NCBI GenBank assembly: GCA_003427395.1
Contig: BFEA01000037.1
Location: forward strand, 273,862-337,861
DNA length: 64,000 nt
Reading direction: 5' to 3'
Source: Chara braunii
Taxonomy: Eukaryota; Plantae; Charophyceae
The position numbers were made by a program, and so were the translations under genes. Positions 1 to 13,200 of the stretch are shown one piece after another. The notes beneath the pieces are model-generated. The model was given only the letters and a program-made list of their open reading frames with translations, searched no databases and had not been told where the DNA came from. Position 1 is the first letter of the stretch. Every line of letters starts with the position of its first letter.

Positions 1-682
1 GCGAACGAGCCGAAAGTGCTTTAAGACTGATTACTCAGGAGAGGCATGCGAGATAAAACAGAGACGAGTCACTTCTGGCGAATACTCAAGGAGTCACGGA
101 GGNTGGTTGCTCTGGCGTGNCACAGAGGCTCGTCNTGGCTTATCAGTCTCGAAGTACTCTGAGCGAGCGTGAAGACAAACAGTTGACCGGCATGTCACGG
201 AGGTTCGCCGCGGCTTATTAGTAACGAAGTACTCTGAGGCAACGGTTGAAGTCAAAACAGACATTGCAGTCTGAGCACCTCCCTCACGCTCGTACGCACC
301 GCCAATTACAATCACTTCTCTGGCTCGTCGCACACGCTGCAGTTTAGCTGACATCACCATCTCAGCACGCGCGCTCAGTTCCCCCCTCTACCTCTTCCGT
401 TGACCCTCCTTCTCTGTTAACTTACTTAGCACGCGTTAGCCTTCTGCTTCATGCCTAGCAGCTTCCAACCCAGAACGACCCTCGCTAGTAGAGTCTCTCA
501 AGAAAAACGATGCCTCACACGATGACCGGATGAGTCTCGCGAGCGTGGCGTTCTCCGTCGCTCCCGCAGAGATGAGGGTGACATCAACAGGTAATTCCTC
601 TTCCTCGCCCGCTGACCTCTCTCTCGCTGCTGTCGCTTGTGGTACCCGCCTCTCTCCTCTCCGTCGGCGGGCGACTTCGGCT

Positions 683-1108
683 CTAAGGGCCCGCCTTGTA
701 TCGTTCCCGGTCACGCCAGGCCTGAGCAGCGCTTGCGTCGCTCATTTCCGACTCTCCCTCTGAGTCTCTTTCGAGGTGCTGCTCTTCTCTCGCAGTGGTC
801 CTAGTAGATGAGTCATCTTCGTGGTAAGTGACCGTTACCCGCATACCCGCCGCGGTCACCCCATCGCGCCTGCACCTTCTCTTCGCCCTGTTATGCGCCT
901 CCGTAATTGCAGCCTGCAACCCTCTATCCATCCTCATCTCCTGTTCACCGTGACCACTAACATTAATTTTTAACCTCGCTCCGTCAGTAGGCTTACCATA
1001 GGTTAAAACAACTTCCACCACAGGCCCCTTTTCATCCTCACACTCCCACATCCACGAGTACCTCATGTACCGTGCTCTGTACCCGTGCAGGCCATTCCGG
1101 TCTGCCAT
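683..1108 (-). CDS. LTR-encoded protein of unknown function (intact copy, 141 aa)
   Basis: Near-gapless protein alignment with 33322-33813, 36797-37324 and 55686-56213 (NGLxGYRxR...RLKINV.G..EQEMR.D..LQAAITEA..RA.RRCRRDGVT...VTVTYHE...R.EQ.L.RDSE.ESE.S). Confidence 0.65.
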   Translation of the reverse strand: MADRNGLHGYRARYMRYSWMWECEDEKGPVVEVVLTYGKPTDGARLKINVSGHGEQEMRMDRGLQAAITEAHNRAKRRCRRDGVTAAGMRVTVTYHEDDSSTRTTAREEQHLERDSEGESEMSDASAAQAWRDRERYKAGP

Positions 1109-1256
1109 GGTTACCCAAATGACCCGACCTCGTTCGATAGACAGCGCAGCGCTAAGCCTTCAATTTCCAATGCCACGCCACTCCCTGCCAGAGCCCACAG
1201 CGCAGACGGTGCCCCGCCAAGATACAGGCTGCGGACAATATCCCGACTTTCGAAAA

Positions 1257-1664
1257 NNNNNNNNNNNNNNNNNNNNNNNNNNNNNNNNNNNNNNNNNNNN
1301 NNNNNNNNNNNNNNNNNNNNNNNNNNNNNNNNNNNNNNNNNNNNNNNNNNNNNNNNNNNNNNNNNNNNNNNNNNNNNNNNNNNNNNNNNNNNNNNNNNNN
1401 NNNNNNNNNNNNNNNNNNNNNNNNNNNNNNNNNNNNNNNNNNNNNNNNNNNNNNNNNNNNNNNNNNNNNNNNNNNNNNNNNNNNNNNNNNNNNNNNNNNN
1501 NNNNNNNNNNNNNNNNNNNNNNNNNNNNNNNNNNNNNNNNNNNNNNNNNNNNNNNNNNNNNNNNNNNNNNNNNNNNNNNNNNNNNNNNNNNNNNNNNNNN
1601 NNNNNNNNNNNNNNNNNNNNNNNNNNNNNNNNNNNNNNNNNNNNNNNNNNNNNNNNNNNNNNNN
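1257..1664. other. Assembly gap (N run)
   Basis: Continuous Ns. Confidence 1.
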
Positions 1665-2284
1665 TAATAATAATAATAATAAGGCGCTTCAGGTTTCATC
1701 GGTGCAGCGGCTCCGTCCGAATAGTGGAGCAAGTCCTCGCACAAAACTAAAACCCGAGGCCTNTCCTTCTTTCTTTCTTTTTCTTACTCCCTCTTTTCCC
1801 AGACATTACCGTATCTACCCCTAAACTCNGCTACTATCCNTGTACCTGGCCCAGATCACGACCATTAGGGCCANACGATCCCTTTCGACCCCAAGCAGAC
1901 CCGGTTAAAATGACAGCGACCAAGGCTTGGAAACTGAACCGCTGGCCTCCTCCATGAAGTGACAGGACCCCAACAAAAGGGAAAGTAGCTGGATTACTCC
2001 GGCCTAAAGCAATGGCCCTGATCCACGCGCTGATCACGCTTTCTGTTCTCTTTCTCTTTTTATGTTTTTATTTCCCTTTTATCCCTTTTATCCAGTTTTT
2101 GCTTTTTGACATCAACCTGTTTTTCACGCATCTAACCCATAACTTAGGCAACGAGGCACTGCAGGCTAAGGCACCGACGAGAGGGACTGTACCAAGCAGG
2201 GACTTGGTGCACGGAGGAGGGTCGGGACACCGCGCCCTCCGACAGCGTGTGTGCAATCTCAATATCGACAATCATTAGCTCACC

Positions 2285-4260
2285 CTAAGACTTCGCTTTC
2301 TTAGCCCACAAACTCCTTAAAGCTATAAGTTCGTTTCCGAGTTCGTCAAGGGAACCGTCGAGTGAGACAGAACATAAAACTGTATCAAGGTGTTTTGGAC
2401 AACGGGCCGAGGAAGAGCCATCCTCTGCCGTATGAGTAGAGGGGTTGAAAGGGGTGATTGGCACCTTACCTTTGTCTGAACCCCTCAACTCAGTAGGAGC
2501 AGATGCTTCTCCTACTGGCTGCTCCCTTTTGGGTTTCAAATGAGAGGGCACCATGCTATGACATGCCCTGCAATGCCACATTTCAAGCACTGCCTGTTAC
2601 CCATTCATTCCTCTGCCACTCTTCCCCTGACAGACCCATTTTTTCCCAAGGTTTTCCGGCTCCAATGTCGGGGTGCTCGGGAAAGGAGTGTGGCATCTTC
2701 TTCTTGTTCCAAGGTTTGACGCCACCCTTGTTGGCCACCACAACAGTGACGTCACCCTTTCCTAACTCACTGTTGTTAGTCCCATCGCCCTCGGCCTCAT
2801 CAAGGGGCAGTTTCTCCATCGTGTCACCATCAAACACGACAAGCCTGTGGTCCTGTCGCTTTTGCCGCCACAGGACCCGCTTCCCATACCCGCCAACCGG
2901 ACTACTCTTCACAACAGACACATACGTTCCTTTTACCTGTGCAGTCATTTGCTCCCTCTGGGGCGCGGGGTCATGAAACTGCCTATAATTATATTTAACA
3001 GATTTAAACTCAGCCACGAGATGTCCAAGGATGGGTTTTGGCAAAGCTCGAGAGAAGATATGAAGGACTTGATTGTCCTGCAGGTTCAGCCTCGATACCT
3101 ACAACAACCGATCAACTTCACGAGACAATGCCTCCACAGTCGTCCAAACGCTTTTGGCCAATGGTAGTGAGCTCGTCAAAGGCCTTATCGACCATCATGT
3201 TGTCTAGGAATCGCTCCGAAAACTTTTGGAGGGATTCCCGGAGGGTCAAGGTTTTAGCCCACTCACCTATGTTCTCGAAGTCAACAGCGTTAGCTTCAGA
3301 CAATACCCATTCCTTGGTTGTCTCACCTAGACATGAAATCGTGAAAGCCACTTGGCTTTCGGGCTCCACGGTCCAGTCCCACAATATGTTTGGATCTCAG
3401 CGATCCAAAGCAACAAACGCTCACCTCTCTTTCCGTTGCAGATAAAGGGAGGTTCCATTTTCACCTTTTGTTTTCTTTACGCCTTTTCAACTTCCTTGGC
3501 CGGTTCCTGCGTAACGAGTTTTTCTTTCTTTCCCACCGGTTTCTCAATTACTTTCTTCGAACTTTCGGGGGTTTCCGGCGTTATGCGTTTCATTGCATCC
3601 TTCATGAGCTTCTCATGGGGTTCTTTTTTTTCTTCCCCCTTAGCCTCCTCTTCAATCACCACATTCTCCTTACCTTTAATGAGTCTGGTCACCGTCTACA
3701 ATGCGGCAATGTTGCTGTCAATTTTCATCTCTAGGTAGGCAAGGCAGGCGATCATCTTGTTAAGAACGAATGCGAGGTCAGATTCTGCTCCTTCAATGTG
3801 AAATTTCTGTTTGAATTCTTCAACTTTCTTCTCTTGTTGTTCTTTCTCCCTTTTCCTTCTCCGGTGCTCTTGCATCTTCCTTCTTTCTTCCCGCAAGGCT
3901 TCTTCAAATTGTTTGATGTTTTGCAACATGATTTCTTCAAACAATTGTGGTTCTTTCTCTTCACTTCGTTCTCCCTGTTCTTCTCCTTTCTCCCTGCTCT
4001 TGGCTATCTTTGACACTAGATCAATGATGACCTGCCGTACATGAGCATTGGTTTCCATCATTTGAATAGTTGTGTCAGCCTGCTCTAGTTCGCTTTCTGC
4101 TGCCCGCAAATCGAACTGGTTACGCACTTGCTGTTCAGCATTGGCTCTAACAACATGTAAGTCGGTGGTCAACTGACGCAGAGGGCCCAAAATCTCTTGA
4201 CGTTTGTTTTCAATCTGGCCACGGGTTCTCAATGCACTTCCTTCCTCATCAACAAAGAAG
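2285..4260 (-). pseudogene. gag: Ty3/Gypsy gag, disrupted by stops and frameshifts
   Basis: Chained minus ORFs 3696-4385, 3477-3692, 3118-3384, 2583-3044. A coiled-coil N-terminus is followed by capsid-like KVKMEPPFICNGKRGERLLLWIAEIQTYC...VAFTISCLGETTKEW...FSERFLD...AFDELTTIGQ. It lies downstream of the minus-strand PBS at 5400-5411. Confidence 0.75.
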
Positions 4261-4799
4261 GTAAGGGAGACAGGGTAAAAGAAGTGACGGACGAAACGAG
4301 TCAAGACAGAGAGGCGCAAAGAATTCCGAAGGTAGGACATTGTCACAATTGTGTGTTTGACGCACAACAAATAATTACAAGACAATAATTAATTCCACGG
4401 CCACACTTAATTTCAATAGCCTATAGCAAGAAATAACTAACATAAAATAAACAAGGAACAAATTTCAATTTTTCCTTGTTCTAACTTCAGCTGATTGTCC
4501 TATGTGTGATGACGTCTTAACGAGTGTACAGGTACCGCAGCCACGACCAGGATGATCAAGACACAACAAAACAGGTGAGTATGCACAGCAACCGCAGAAC
4601 AACCAAGACAAGTGAGTAGAGTCGGCCAACAACAACAGTCAATCAATCAATCGTCAGCAGCTCGTGCTCTACCGGCTTTCACCCTGCGAATACCATTGCA
4701 GCCAGGCACAAAGGCCGGCTCGTGGCACTACAGCCAATCGTGAAGTTGTACCGCCCGCAAGCGCACAAGTGCAAGTACCAACACCTCACCCACGACAAC

Positions 4800-5920
4800 G
4801 TACAAACATGCCACGTGTCACCCCTGGAATGCTAACGCAACACGTGCCACGTCAGTGTCAAGGGCCAGCAAGGCCTTCAACTGGGATGCCACAATAGCAA
4901 TGCCTTAACCGCCAAGTCATCTACCACTCGTATGCCACGTCAGATCGAAGCAGCACCGCTGGTGTGTGGAGCGCCACGTCAGCAGGTAAGTCGCGACACA
5001 GGTACGTGCCACATCAAAACAATACCCTGCCAATTCTAGGATGCCACGTCAACACCCCTGCGCTATGCCACGTTGGCTGCACGCCACGTCAGCAACCTCG
5101 ATACGCACTTTCTCTCTCTCTCACCAGCGCCAAGTCAGCCTACAACCAACAATGCTTTCGCCAGTATCTTGCCAGGTCAGCAACAACGCGCCACATAAGC
5201 AATGTCGCCATCTTCACTTCAAGGTGTCCACGTCATCATCTTCAAGGGAGCATGCGCACGCGTGTGGAAGTCAATGTCTAGACTCGCAGTAATAATCGCG
5301 CGCGTTAATTAACGTGTTTCTCTCCTATCATGCGTAGCACCTCCCACTTACCTGGGCACCGCGTGGCCCCTGACAAGCAGATCTCGACGAAGAAGGTATG
5401 CTCTGATACCAATTTGCAATGAACCCAGTCTACAGGATACTCGTCAAATGTCGAAATACAAGAGATCTTAGTTATGGATAATGTCTCCAAATAATCGTGA
5501 ATGTGATCTGTGAAACAATGTCTGGTAACGAATAGACGAAGAGAGGAAAGGGGGAATAGACAGATTAGAGGGTGGAAGAGATATCCATCAATGACCACAG
5601 AGAGAGCACCCCAACAATACCCTCTCCTTCTCCGGGCTTCTCTCTCTCCTCCACGTCAGTACATGCGTCCAATAACGAGTCAGATAGGCAAGATCACATC
5701 AAAAGTGCCACGTGGCACAGTTCTCTCGCAGCGCACAGTATCGACATCAACCACAGGTGAGTATCTCGTTCTCTCTATCCACAAATCTCGATCTCCCTCC
5801 TTGTCGCCTCCAACTCAGCAATGAAGACTGTGTGGCAAACACCACGTCAACAATGAAGACAAAGTGGCATGCGCCACATCAACAATGTCGACGACAGCGT
5901 GGCCTCGTGCCACGTCAGCA
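4800..5920. promoter_or_regulatory. Cluster of (G)CCACGTCA(G)/G-box-like bZIP motifs in the retroelement leader and LTR end
   Basis: More than 10 copies or near-copies of GCCACGTCAG/GCCACGTG, e.g. near 4810, 4847, 4934, 4972, 5043, 5083, 5227, 5650, 5707, 5841, 5908. Confidence 0.4.
5400..5411 (-). promoter_or_regulatory. Primer-binding site, tRNA-iMet type
   Basis: The reverse complement is TGGTATCAGAGC, 3 nt from an LTR end (...CATTGCA on minus at 5415). Confidence 0.9.
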
Positions 5921-7311
5921 AAGACTGGAGCAGAAGCAGGAAGCGCCAACATACAAGCAAGCAGCAGTCGCGCGCCGCTGTCCACAGTGCCATCGTCAAG
6001 CCAGCGTCAAGCCAAAGTCTAGCCAGCGTCAAGCCAGCGTCAAGTCAGCATAACAAGACTGAATGTTGACTCCCTGCAGGTCTGGCTTTATGTAGTGTTT
6101 GACGAGGCTGACCGTCCTCAGGTCTCCCACCCACAGTGGTTTAGACTGACTCACAACCAAGGGCCTAGATTGCATACAGTTGCAAACTTCCACCTGGTCC
6201 GAATGCTGTTTTGGTACCTACATACAAACAAGTGTGTGTGTCTGACCGACGGCCTGAGCTGGGTCCATGCAGACTTTGACTCTTGGGCCTTGGGCAGTTC
6301 ACCGAAGTCAACTGTCGGGCGCTCAAGCCATGGAGCCACTTTGAAGGGGTCTTTTGCCTCTTCGCAACTCACGGCCTGAAGCCGGGTCGCGACCAGGCCA
6401 GGCCCTTAGACTTTCCACGAGACATATGGAGCAGGTTACTGCAATGGGGACAACACTGAAACAATCTTGCAAACCGCCTTGATGAACGCGGTAATGTTGT
6501 CCTCTCGCCACTCTAGCCAGGTGCACCAGCCGTACTTCCCGCAGTCTCCTACGACAGGATAGGTTCCCACAAGGCACAACTTAGCTTCCCCAAGGGGTTG
6601 TCACCACCTTTAGGGGCGTATCGCTACCGAACTACTAATCCACGTGCGAAAGCTTTTATATGCAATTGCAAAGGACGTTTGCTCGATTCGCTGCAGTATG
6701 GGAAACGCTTGGTTAAACACCAAGTGGACCCGGACGTCGTCCGTCCCTTAATGCGCTGATCTCCTAAGTACCGGTCCCAACCAAGTGTGAAACCCACTAA
6801 ATAATCCTAGTCCCTTAGACGCTAATCGAAGAAAGTGATAATAATTGCACTCAATTACATCACTGAATAGATCATAGCCGATAGGCATGTATATATCATT
6901 AAACATAAGTTGAAACGATAATTGAAAGTACCCGAGCAACACATGGTGGAACCACTAACACAAATTCGAAATAAAACCTAACCACCTCGGGTCGAACTCG
7001 ATAAACAAAAATAGACTAAGCCGCCAACAGGGAGCTGGATCCGACAATAACTTCAATGCAGCTGACAAGGTAGTCGGACTGCCTCTATTTTAACTCGATG
7101 AGACACGCTGCCAAAGGGCCCAACCTCTGCCTGTTTAGGTTGTTGAGGGAGAGAGAAACTATCTTTCGACGACAAGGTTGATGCCAGATGTTTGGGACTT
7201 CTGCGGCAATCATCTTTCTATTTGGTTGGAACATTACTTGGCTTTCTTGAGTGAGACGATCTAAACTTCACTCGAGGTCAATTGAATGACTCTGACTCCC
7301 CTTTACACATA
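5415..7311 (-). mobile_element. 5' LTR (partial) of a tRNA-iMet-primed Gypsy element whose gag lies at 2285-4260
   Basis: Ends in CA next to the PBS. The distal boundary is set by insertion of another LTR at 7312. Segments recur at 31120-31235 and (inverted) 32593-33000. Confidence 0.6.
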
Positions 7312-8566
7312 TGTAATGACCTGCCAAACACGGATTGAGACACACAACTGATTTCTGAGTTTTGCTCATGGAATGGATGCCTTACTCAGTTTCCCGCTTG
7401 TTGCTGAGTTTCGTAAGTCTGTGTGGGTGCATGCTTGCTGGTCTGCATGCCTGTCTAAGTGTTTGTCGGCTTGAGCGTGTGTGTGACCCGCAAGGGCACT
7501 TGGTTGTTCGGAAGGCCTGAAGGGACAATACTTACCTATGGCCGTAACATTGAGGGTTGCTGTGGGGAAAACACTCAAGTGGCGAAGAAACAGGCCCGCG
7601 GCACATAGAACAATGGAAAACACTCAAGTAGCAGGTAGGTCGGTACCACACCAAGTAGAGGTAGATGTGTCGAGTGCTCGAGGCCGAGTAGATGACGACA
7701 AAAGTTGGCATTAGTTGTAGGCTAGGTCTAGGCGGGTACCTGTCCAACCAATCTGAGTCAAGGGCTTGTACAACCAATATCAAAGTCTACAATGATGTGT
7801 CCCTCCGAAAGCAAGGAGGTACCGGTTGCTTGGAGGCCGCGTGGCCTAGGAAGTCACTCGCCAAGAGGCAAGCAGGCCGCTATATCTCCAGGTAGAGCAA
7901 GGTGCTCCTCATTATTGTTGTGCAAGTTTGGCGACACATCGATTGGAGCGCTAGCTTGAAGTAGCGTTGTTGGGGAAGGAGCAAAGACAAGAGGAGGAAG
8001 ACGACCAGGACTAGGAAGGGGGAGAGCCAGAGGTACGTACCTGGCTATGGTGGTTGCCATCTTCATCACCTTGGTGGCGTTGCAGCAAGGCGGCCCCAAC
8101 GGGGGTAGAGCTACACCAAGAAGGTTCGAGGCAAGGTCAGGCATGGCGGCCTGAGCTAAACTAGCCACAGATGCTTGACTTGTCTAATGCACATCAGGGC
8201 AAGGCCCTAGCAGTCCGCCATAGCCTAGGCCTTCGAGAAGAGGACGGAGGGTGCCACGGCTATGGTGGACCTCATGTGATACCTGCAGTAGAAGAGGGAT
8301 TCAAACATTGATTCTGGTTCAGCCCTTCAACATTATTATTATTATTATTATTATTATTTCTTGATTGAATAAGAGGGGAGGTGATAAGGAGGAGAGTGGT
8401 TGGCGAAGAAGAAGAGCATTATCATTGGTCTATGCTGGTGTACATCATCATCTTCTTCTTCTTCTTTCCCTCTCTCTCCTCTCAAGTTCATTCATTTCTT
8501 TTTGCAATTGGACGGCATGGTACTTTCTAATGAATGTGTACTTCGAAATTGGCCAGGATCATTACA
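7312..8566 (+). mobile_element. LTR (1255 bp) of a second tRNA-iMet-primed element
   Basis: Starts TGTAATGACCTGCC and ends GGCCAGGATCATTACA (terminal inverted repeat); immediately followed by a PBS. Confidence 0.8.
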
Positions 8567-8567
8567 T

Positions 8568-8579
8568 TGGTATGAGAGC
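8568..8579 (+). promoter_or_regulatory. Primer-binding site, tRNA-iMet type (1 mismatch)
   Basis: TGGTATGAGAGC vs canonical TGGTATCAGAGC, 1 nt after the LTR CA. Confidence 0.8.
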
Positions 8580-9189
8580 GGATTCTACTTGTTGGTGAGA
8601 GTTGACTTACCCACTAACCCTTACCTAAGTGGTTACGCCTGACCACTCAGGGTTAGGGTTGGTCCGAAGTGGGAAGTGGGGAAGTGTGGCGGACCCACCG
8701 AATGAGGTGCTCCGCCTGGGATAGAGATGGAGATGGAGGGTGAGGGTGGAGCAGGATGACACACCGCAACTCCCACGCAAGACTCCAGCGCACGTACTCC
8801 AAATTGTGCGAATGTAGAATGATCCAAGTACAAGCTCTGGCTGGGGTATACCCCAACAGACTGACTGGACTGGACTGGACTGGCTGGTACCGACAGAGGT
8901 ACCGGCCTGGACTGGACTACCCCGAATACAACATAGGCCTGTGGGAACAGGCCAAGGGGCTGGTCTCACAGGCCAACCGGAGGTCCGCTACACGATCCTT
9001 GGCCTGTGATGGATCGCCTAGATACAAGCACGCTTCCACCAAGAAGTGGAACTCTACCAAAGAAAAAGAAAGAAAACCCGAGTAGTCTGGGATGTGGAGC
9101 AAGCTCCATGTTGAGTCCATGAAATGCAACCTAGGCTAGAAGATGTCACAAAAGTAGCAATGTCACAGCTAACAGCCTAAGTGAAAGCC

Positions 9190-9375
9190 GAAAGCAACTA
9201 ACTAGTATACATGTCCTAGGAAAGCAGAAAGTAATGGCAACTAAATCCTAGAAAGTTGGAGGCAGTAGCCTCGGTCAAGAAACAGTTGACTAGTGTACAA
9301 GTCCTAAGAACAGCAAAAGCAAAGACAACTAAATCCTAGAAAGGTCAGAGGCAAAGGTCTCAGTCTGAAAGCAAC
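9190..9375 (+). repeat. Degenerate tandem repeat, ~88-bp unit x2
   Basis: ACTAGT.TACA.GTCCTA.GAA.GCA.AA...CAACTAAATCCTAGAAAG occurs twice. Confidence 0.6.
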
Positions 9376-9650
9376 AAAACAATAACAAGACAACCATATG
9401 TCACAGGAAAGGTGTGTCGCAAACCACAAGGTGGGATGGTCTCTGAGGGTGGCAAATGCAGCCTAAGGGTCGATCAACTCCTAAGGGCATCCAGACATAA
9501 TGACAGGGAGACACATGTCATCAGGCTCAATGAGGGTAGGGAATTGGGAGCGAACAGAACCAATGACCCTAACAGATAGGCCATCAGGGCGGGTACTGCT
9601 CGGCTAAAGGGGTGACCGCTACGTAAGGTCGACCATGTAAGGGAGTAAGG

Positions 9651-9985
9651 NNNNNNNNNNNNNNNNNNNNNNNNNNNNNNNNNNNNNNNNNNNNNNNNNN
9701 NNNNNNNNNNNNNNNNNNNNNNNNNNNNNNNNNNNNNNNNNNNNNNNNNNNNNNNNNNNNNNNNNNNNNNNNNNNNNNNNNNNNNNNNNNNNNNNNNNNN
9801 NNNNNNNNNNNNNNNNNNNNNNNNNNNNNNNNNNNNNNNNNNNNNNNNNNNNNNNNNNNNNNNNNNNNNNNNNNNNNNNNNNNNNNNNNNNNNNNNNNNN
9901 NNNNNNNNNNNNNNNNNNNNNNNNNNNNNNNNNNNNNNNNNNNNNNNNNNNNNNNNNNNNNNNNNNNNNNNNNNNNNNNNNNNNN
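9651..9985. other. Assembly gap (N run)
   Basis: Continuous Ns. Confidence 1.
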
Positions 9986-10272
9986 AGATGAAGCATGCAA
10001 GGCTGCCTAACTAGGACGTGAGGGCCGACAGAGGGAAGAAAAAGTGATGGGTAAGGGAATCATGCAAATGACTCCTAAAGTGAGGGCAAGATAATACGCC
10101 GTCGGTCATACGGTCCCGATGCCTATGCGTATACCAAGGGAGAGCCCAACTCAGAGGAACCGGGCTAAGGGAGACCATCAGGTGACACGACCAGGGTACT
10201 ATACAGTGGTAAGAGAGTAACGACGTCTGAAGTAGGCAGAGCTGGTCGTGATGGAGTCCGTGGAGCTGCCAA

Positions 10273-13200
10273 TTACGTCCATGAAGAGAAGTCCGGAATG
10301 AGCCGCAAAGTCGATGAGCTGAAGTAGCAAAATCGGAGTGGATGGAATACTGAGAAGTCAAAGACGTGGGAAGAGAAGTCGGAGTCAGTCGTTGTATCCA
10401 CAGGACGACGACGAGTGCGTTGTGGACGCTCAGAAGCATCTGGCTGGTGCTGAAGGCCTGCCTCAGATGGAGTAGGCTCCCCTTCAACGATCTTCTCAAC
10501 CGAGGGAGAAGGAAGAGGGTTAGTGGGTTGAGGAGGAGCAGTCAACCCAGCACGATGAGCACGGTCATAGGCACGCACCAACATGCGAGCGTGCTGCAAG
10601 TGCTCGAGGGGCTCTCAAGTAGCCTCCTCATTAGGGTAACCTTCCAATGTGTGAGGTACTTGACGTGAGGAGGGTTGTCGTCGGTGACTCGGCGGCCACT
10701 GATATCTGAAACGAGGAACTCCTCGTGGCCGTCCACCATGATGGGTGGAGGGCACTCGTATGGTCGTCCAGTGAAACGCTCAGACGGTCTGGGGTAGGGA
10801 CGTAGTAACGAGGCGTGGTAGACATCGTGCACACGAGCCTGGTGTAGGTAGTCGAGCAGCTTCACACGGAAGTTGACCCGGCTAGATGTCGTATGAGAAC
10901 CGACAGCCTGGAGAATGCAGCAGGGGCCAAAGAAGCGACGTCGAAACTTGCGAAGCGTGTCCGCTTCGAGCTGTAAGTGGCGGGCATCGACAAGCACATC
11001 ATCACCAACTTTGAATGGATGATTCATCCTCAATCGGTTCACACATGCGGCCATGCGAGTTTAGGAAGCGGCTATGTGCTCATGCGTGGTTTGGATGATC
11101 GACGTCATGTGTGCAACCCAATCATCCAACGCGGGACAACTCGTGTCGGGATGCATCTTTGACGGTCGAAGGAAGTTTGTGGGAACACGAGGGTGATAGC
11201 CGAGGTCGCAATGGTAAGGCGACATCCCCGTGGCTGGCGAGATGACATGGTTGTAGGCTATCTCCGGGTGGGCAAGATGGAGATCCCACTGCTAGTCGTC
11301 ACGAACAATATTTCGAAGAATATCTCTGACAGTCCTATTCGTGACCTCAGTCTGACCATGAGTTGGGGGATGGTAAGACGAGGAGAAGCGGAGCTAGGTG
11401 TCGTACACCTCATGGAGCCGTCGCCAGAATTGGCTGGTAAAGCGCGGGTCACGATCAGATATGATGCTCAGGGGTAAGTCGTGGTCACGCACGACTCGGT
11501 CAAACACGATGTCGGCGACCTCACGTGCACTGATGGCATAGCGGCACGGAACAAAGCGTGCACGCTTCGTGAAGCGGTCGACGACGACCAGGATAGCATC
11601 ATGACCACGGGGGGTCGGAGGACGAAGAGGACCGATAAAGTTCGTCGAGATCGACTGCCAATGACCCTCAAGGATAGGAAGAGGCTGGAGCAAATCATAA
11701 GGTAGGTGGTTCGCACTATTCAAAGCGTGCGTGCTTCGTGAAGGTGTGGACGACGACCAGGATAGCATCATGACCGCGGGGGGTCGGAGGACGAAGAAAT
11801 CGACTGCCAACGACCCTCAGGGATAGGAAGAGGCTGGAGCAAATCATAAGGCAGGTGGTTCGCATTGTTCACCTCTTGACAGGTGGGACACTGCGACGTA
11901 GTCCTTCACAAAGTCCTTGCACTTCGGTCAGACGTACAGGTGGCTCACACGAGCCAACGTCTTGTGGAAGCCCATATGACCGGCAACTGCCTGGTCATGG
12001 AACTCTGCCATTGCCCGGTAGCTGTCAGGTGGAGGGAATGCAAATGTGGGGTTCTTTGGTGCCCTGTGAACCGTGCCAGTACACAAGACCGTTGTCCCTG
12101 AGAGAGGAGTTCGGGACGGTCTTGCCACTTCGAAGGGTCACATGGATGTCGCGATAGTCGGGGCAGTGGCGGTACTGAGTGCGAAACTCGTTGGTCACCG
12201 AGTAGTGGATGATGGTGACCGAGATGGCAGCGAGCTAGATCTGCTCCAGATCATGGTTTGGGTGTCAAGATAAGGCATCTGCAACCCGATTGATCTCACC
12301 CTTGATGTGCTCAGTGGTGAAACTAAACTCGGACAGATCGCGCCACCAGTGAGCCTGTTGAGGAGTGAACTTCCGCTTTGTGAGAAAAGCCTGGACAAAA
12401 GAATTGTTTGTGCGCACTGCAGGTAGTGACGCCAGTCCCGAGTGGCATAAACTACTGCGAGGACCTCACGTTCATCAGGAGTGTAGTTTATCTGGACGGG
12501 CAAGAGCTGACGGGAGTGGAAGGCTATCAGACAATCACATGAGCGAGACTCAACATACAATCCTCGGCGATGGTAGGAGAATAATTAATAGAAGGCTCGT
12601 CAGTAGTCGGACGAGTAGGCGTCAGGCAGGAAGCAATGGTAGGGGTAGGAGGTGGGAAGTGAGGGATGTGAGGATGAGAGGAATCAGGAAAGGAGGGAAA
12701 AATATGAGAGAGCACTGCTCCTACAGCAAAGTCGGACACATCAGCAAGGATAAAAGGGCGATCAAAATCGGATAGAACCGGTGCAAATGTCACCGCCTTC
12801 TTGAGGGCGCGGAAGGTGTTCTCGTGGAGAGGTGTCCAAGCTCATAGCTGGTTCTTCCGGAGGAGGGTAAAGGTAAGGACATGCGAGTAGGAGGCATAAG
12901 CTCGGATGAACTTACTATAACTCATAAGTCCAAGATAACTGCGAAGCTGCTTTCTTGGGGTTAGGCCAATCCGCGATAGCAGTGATCTTCGAGTCGTCCA
13001 TGTGGAGACCCTAGTCAGACACATAGTGTCCTAAGAAATCCACTTTGCGCTGGGCAAAACGACACCTGCTCAGCTTGGAGTAGAAACCATGTCTGTGCAA
13101 GCGGTCAAGGACGTCGCAGAGATGTCTGAGATGTTCCTCAAGGGTACGACTGTAGATCAGGATATCGTCGAGGTAGACGAGAACGTACTGCTCTAGGATG

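Larger units (their letters stand above)
1..2244 (-). mobile_element. LTR fragment (5' part) of a relative of the giant-LTR Gypsy family, inserted downstream of or into a gag gene
   Basis: The minus strand begins TGTCGGAGGGCGCGGTGTCCC at 2244, the same terminus as 35280 and 53402, and homology stops exactly there. 1690-1830 (rc) aligns with 35885-36080. The fragment contains the U3 ORF homologue. Confidence 0.8.

Noticed and set aside
1065-1750. Long ORFs spanning 1065-1750 and 9584-10000
   Set aside because: Artefacts of translating N gaps.
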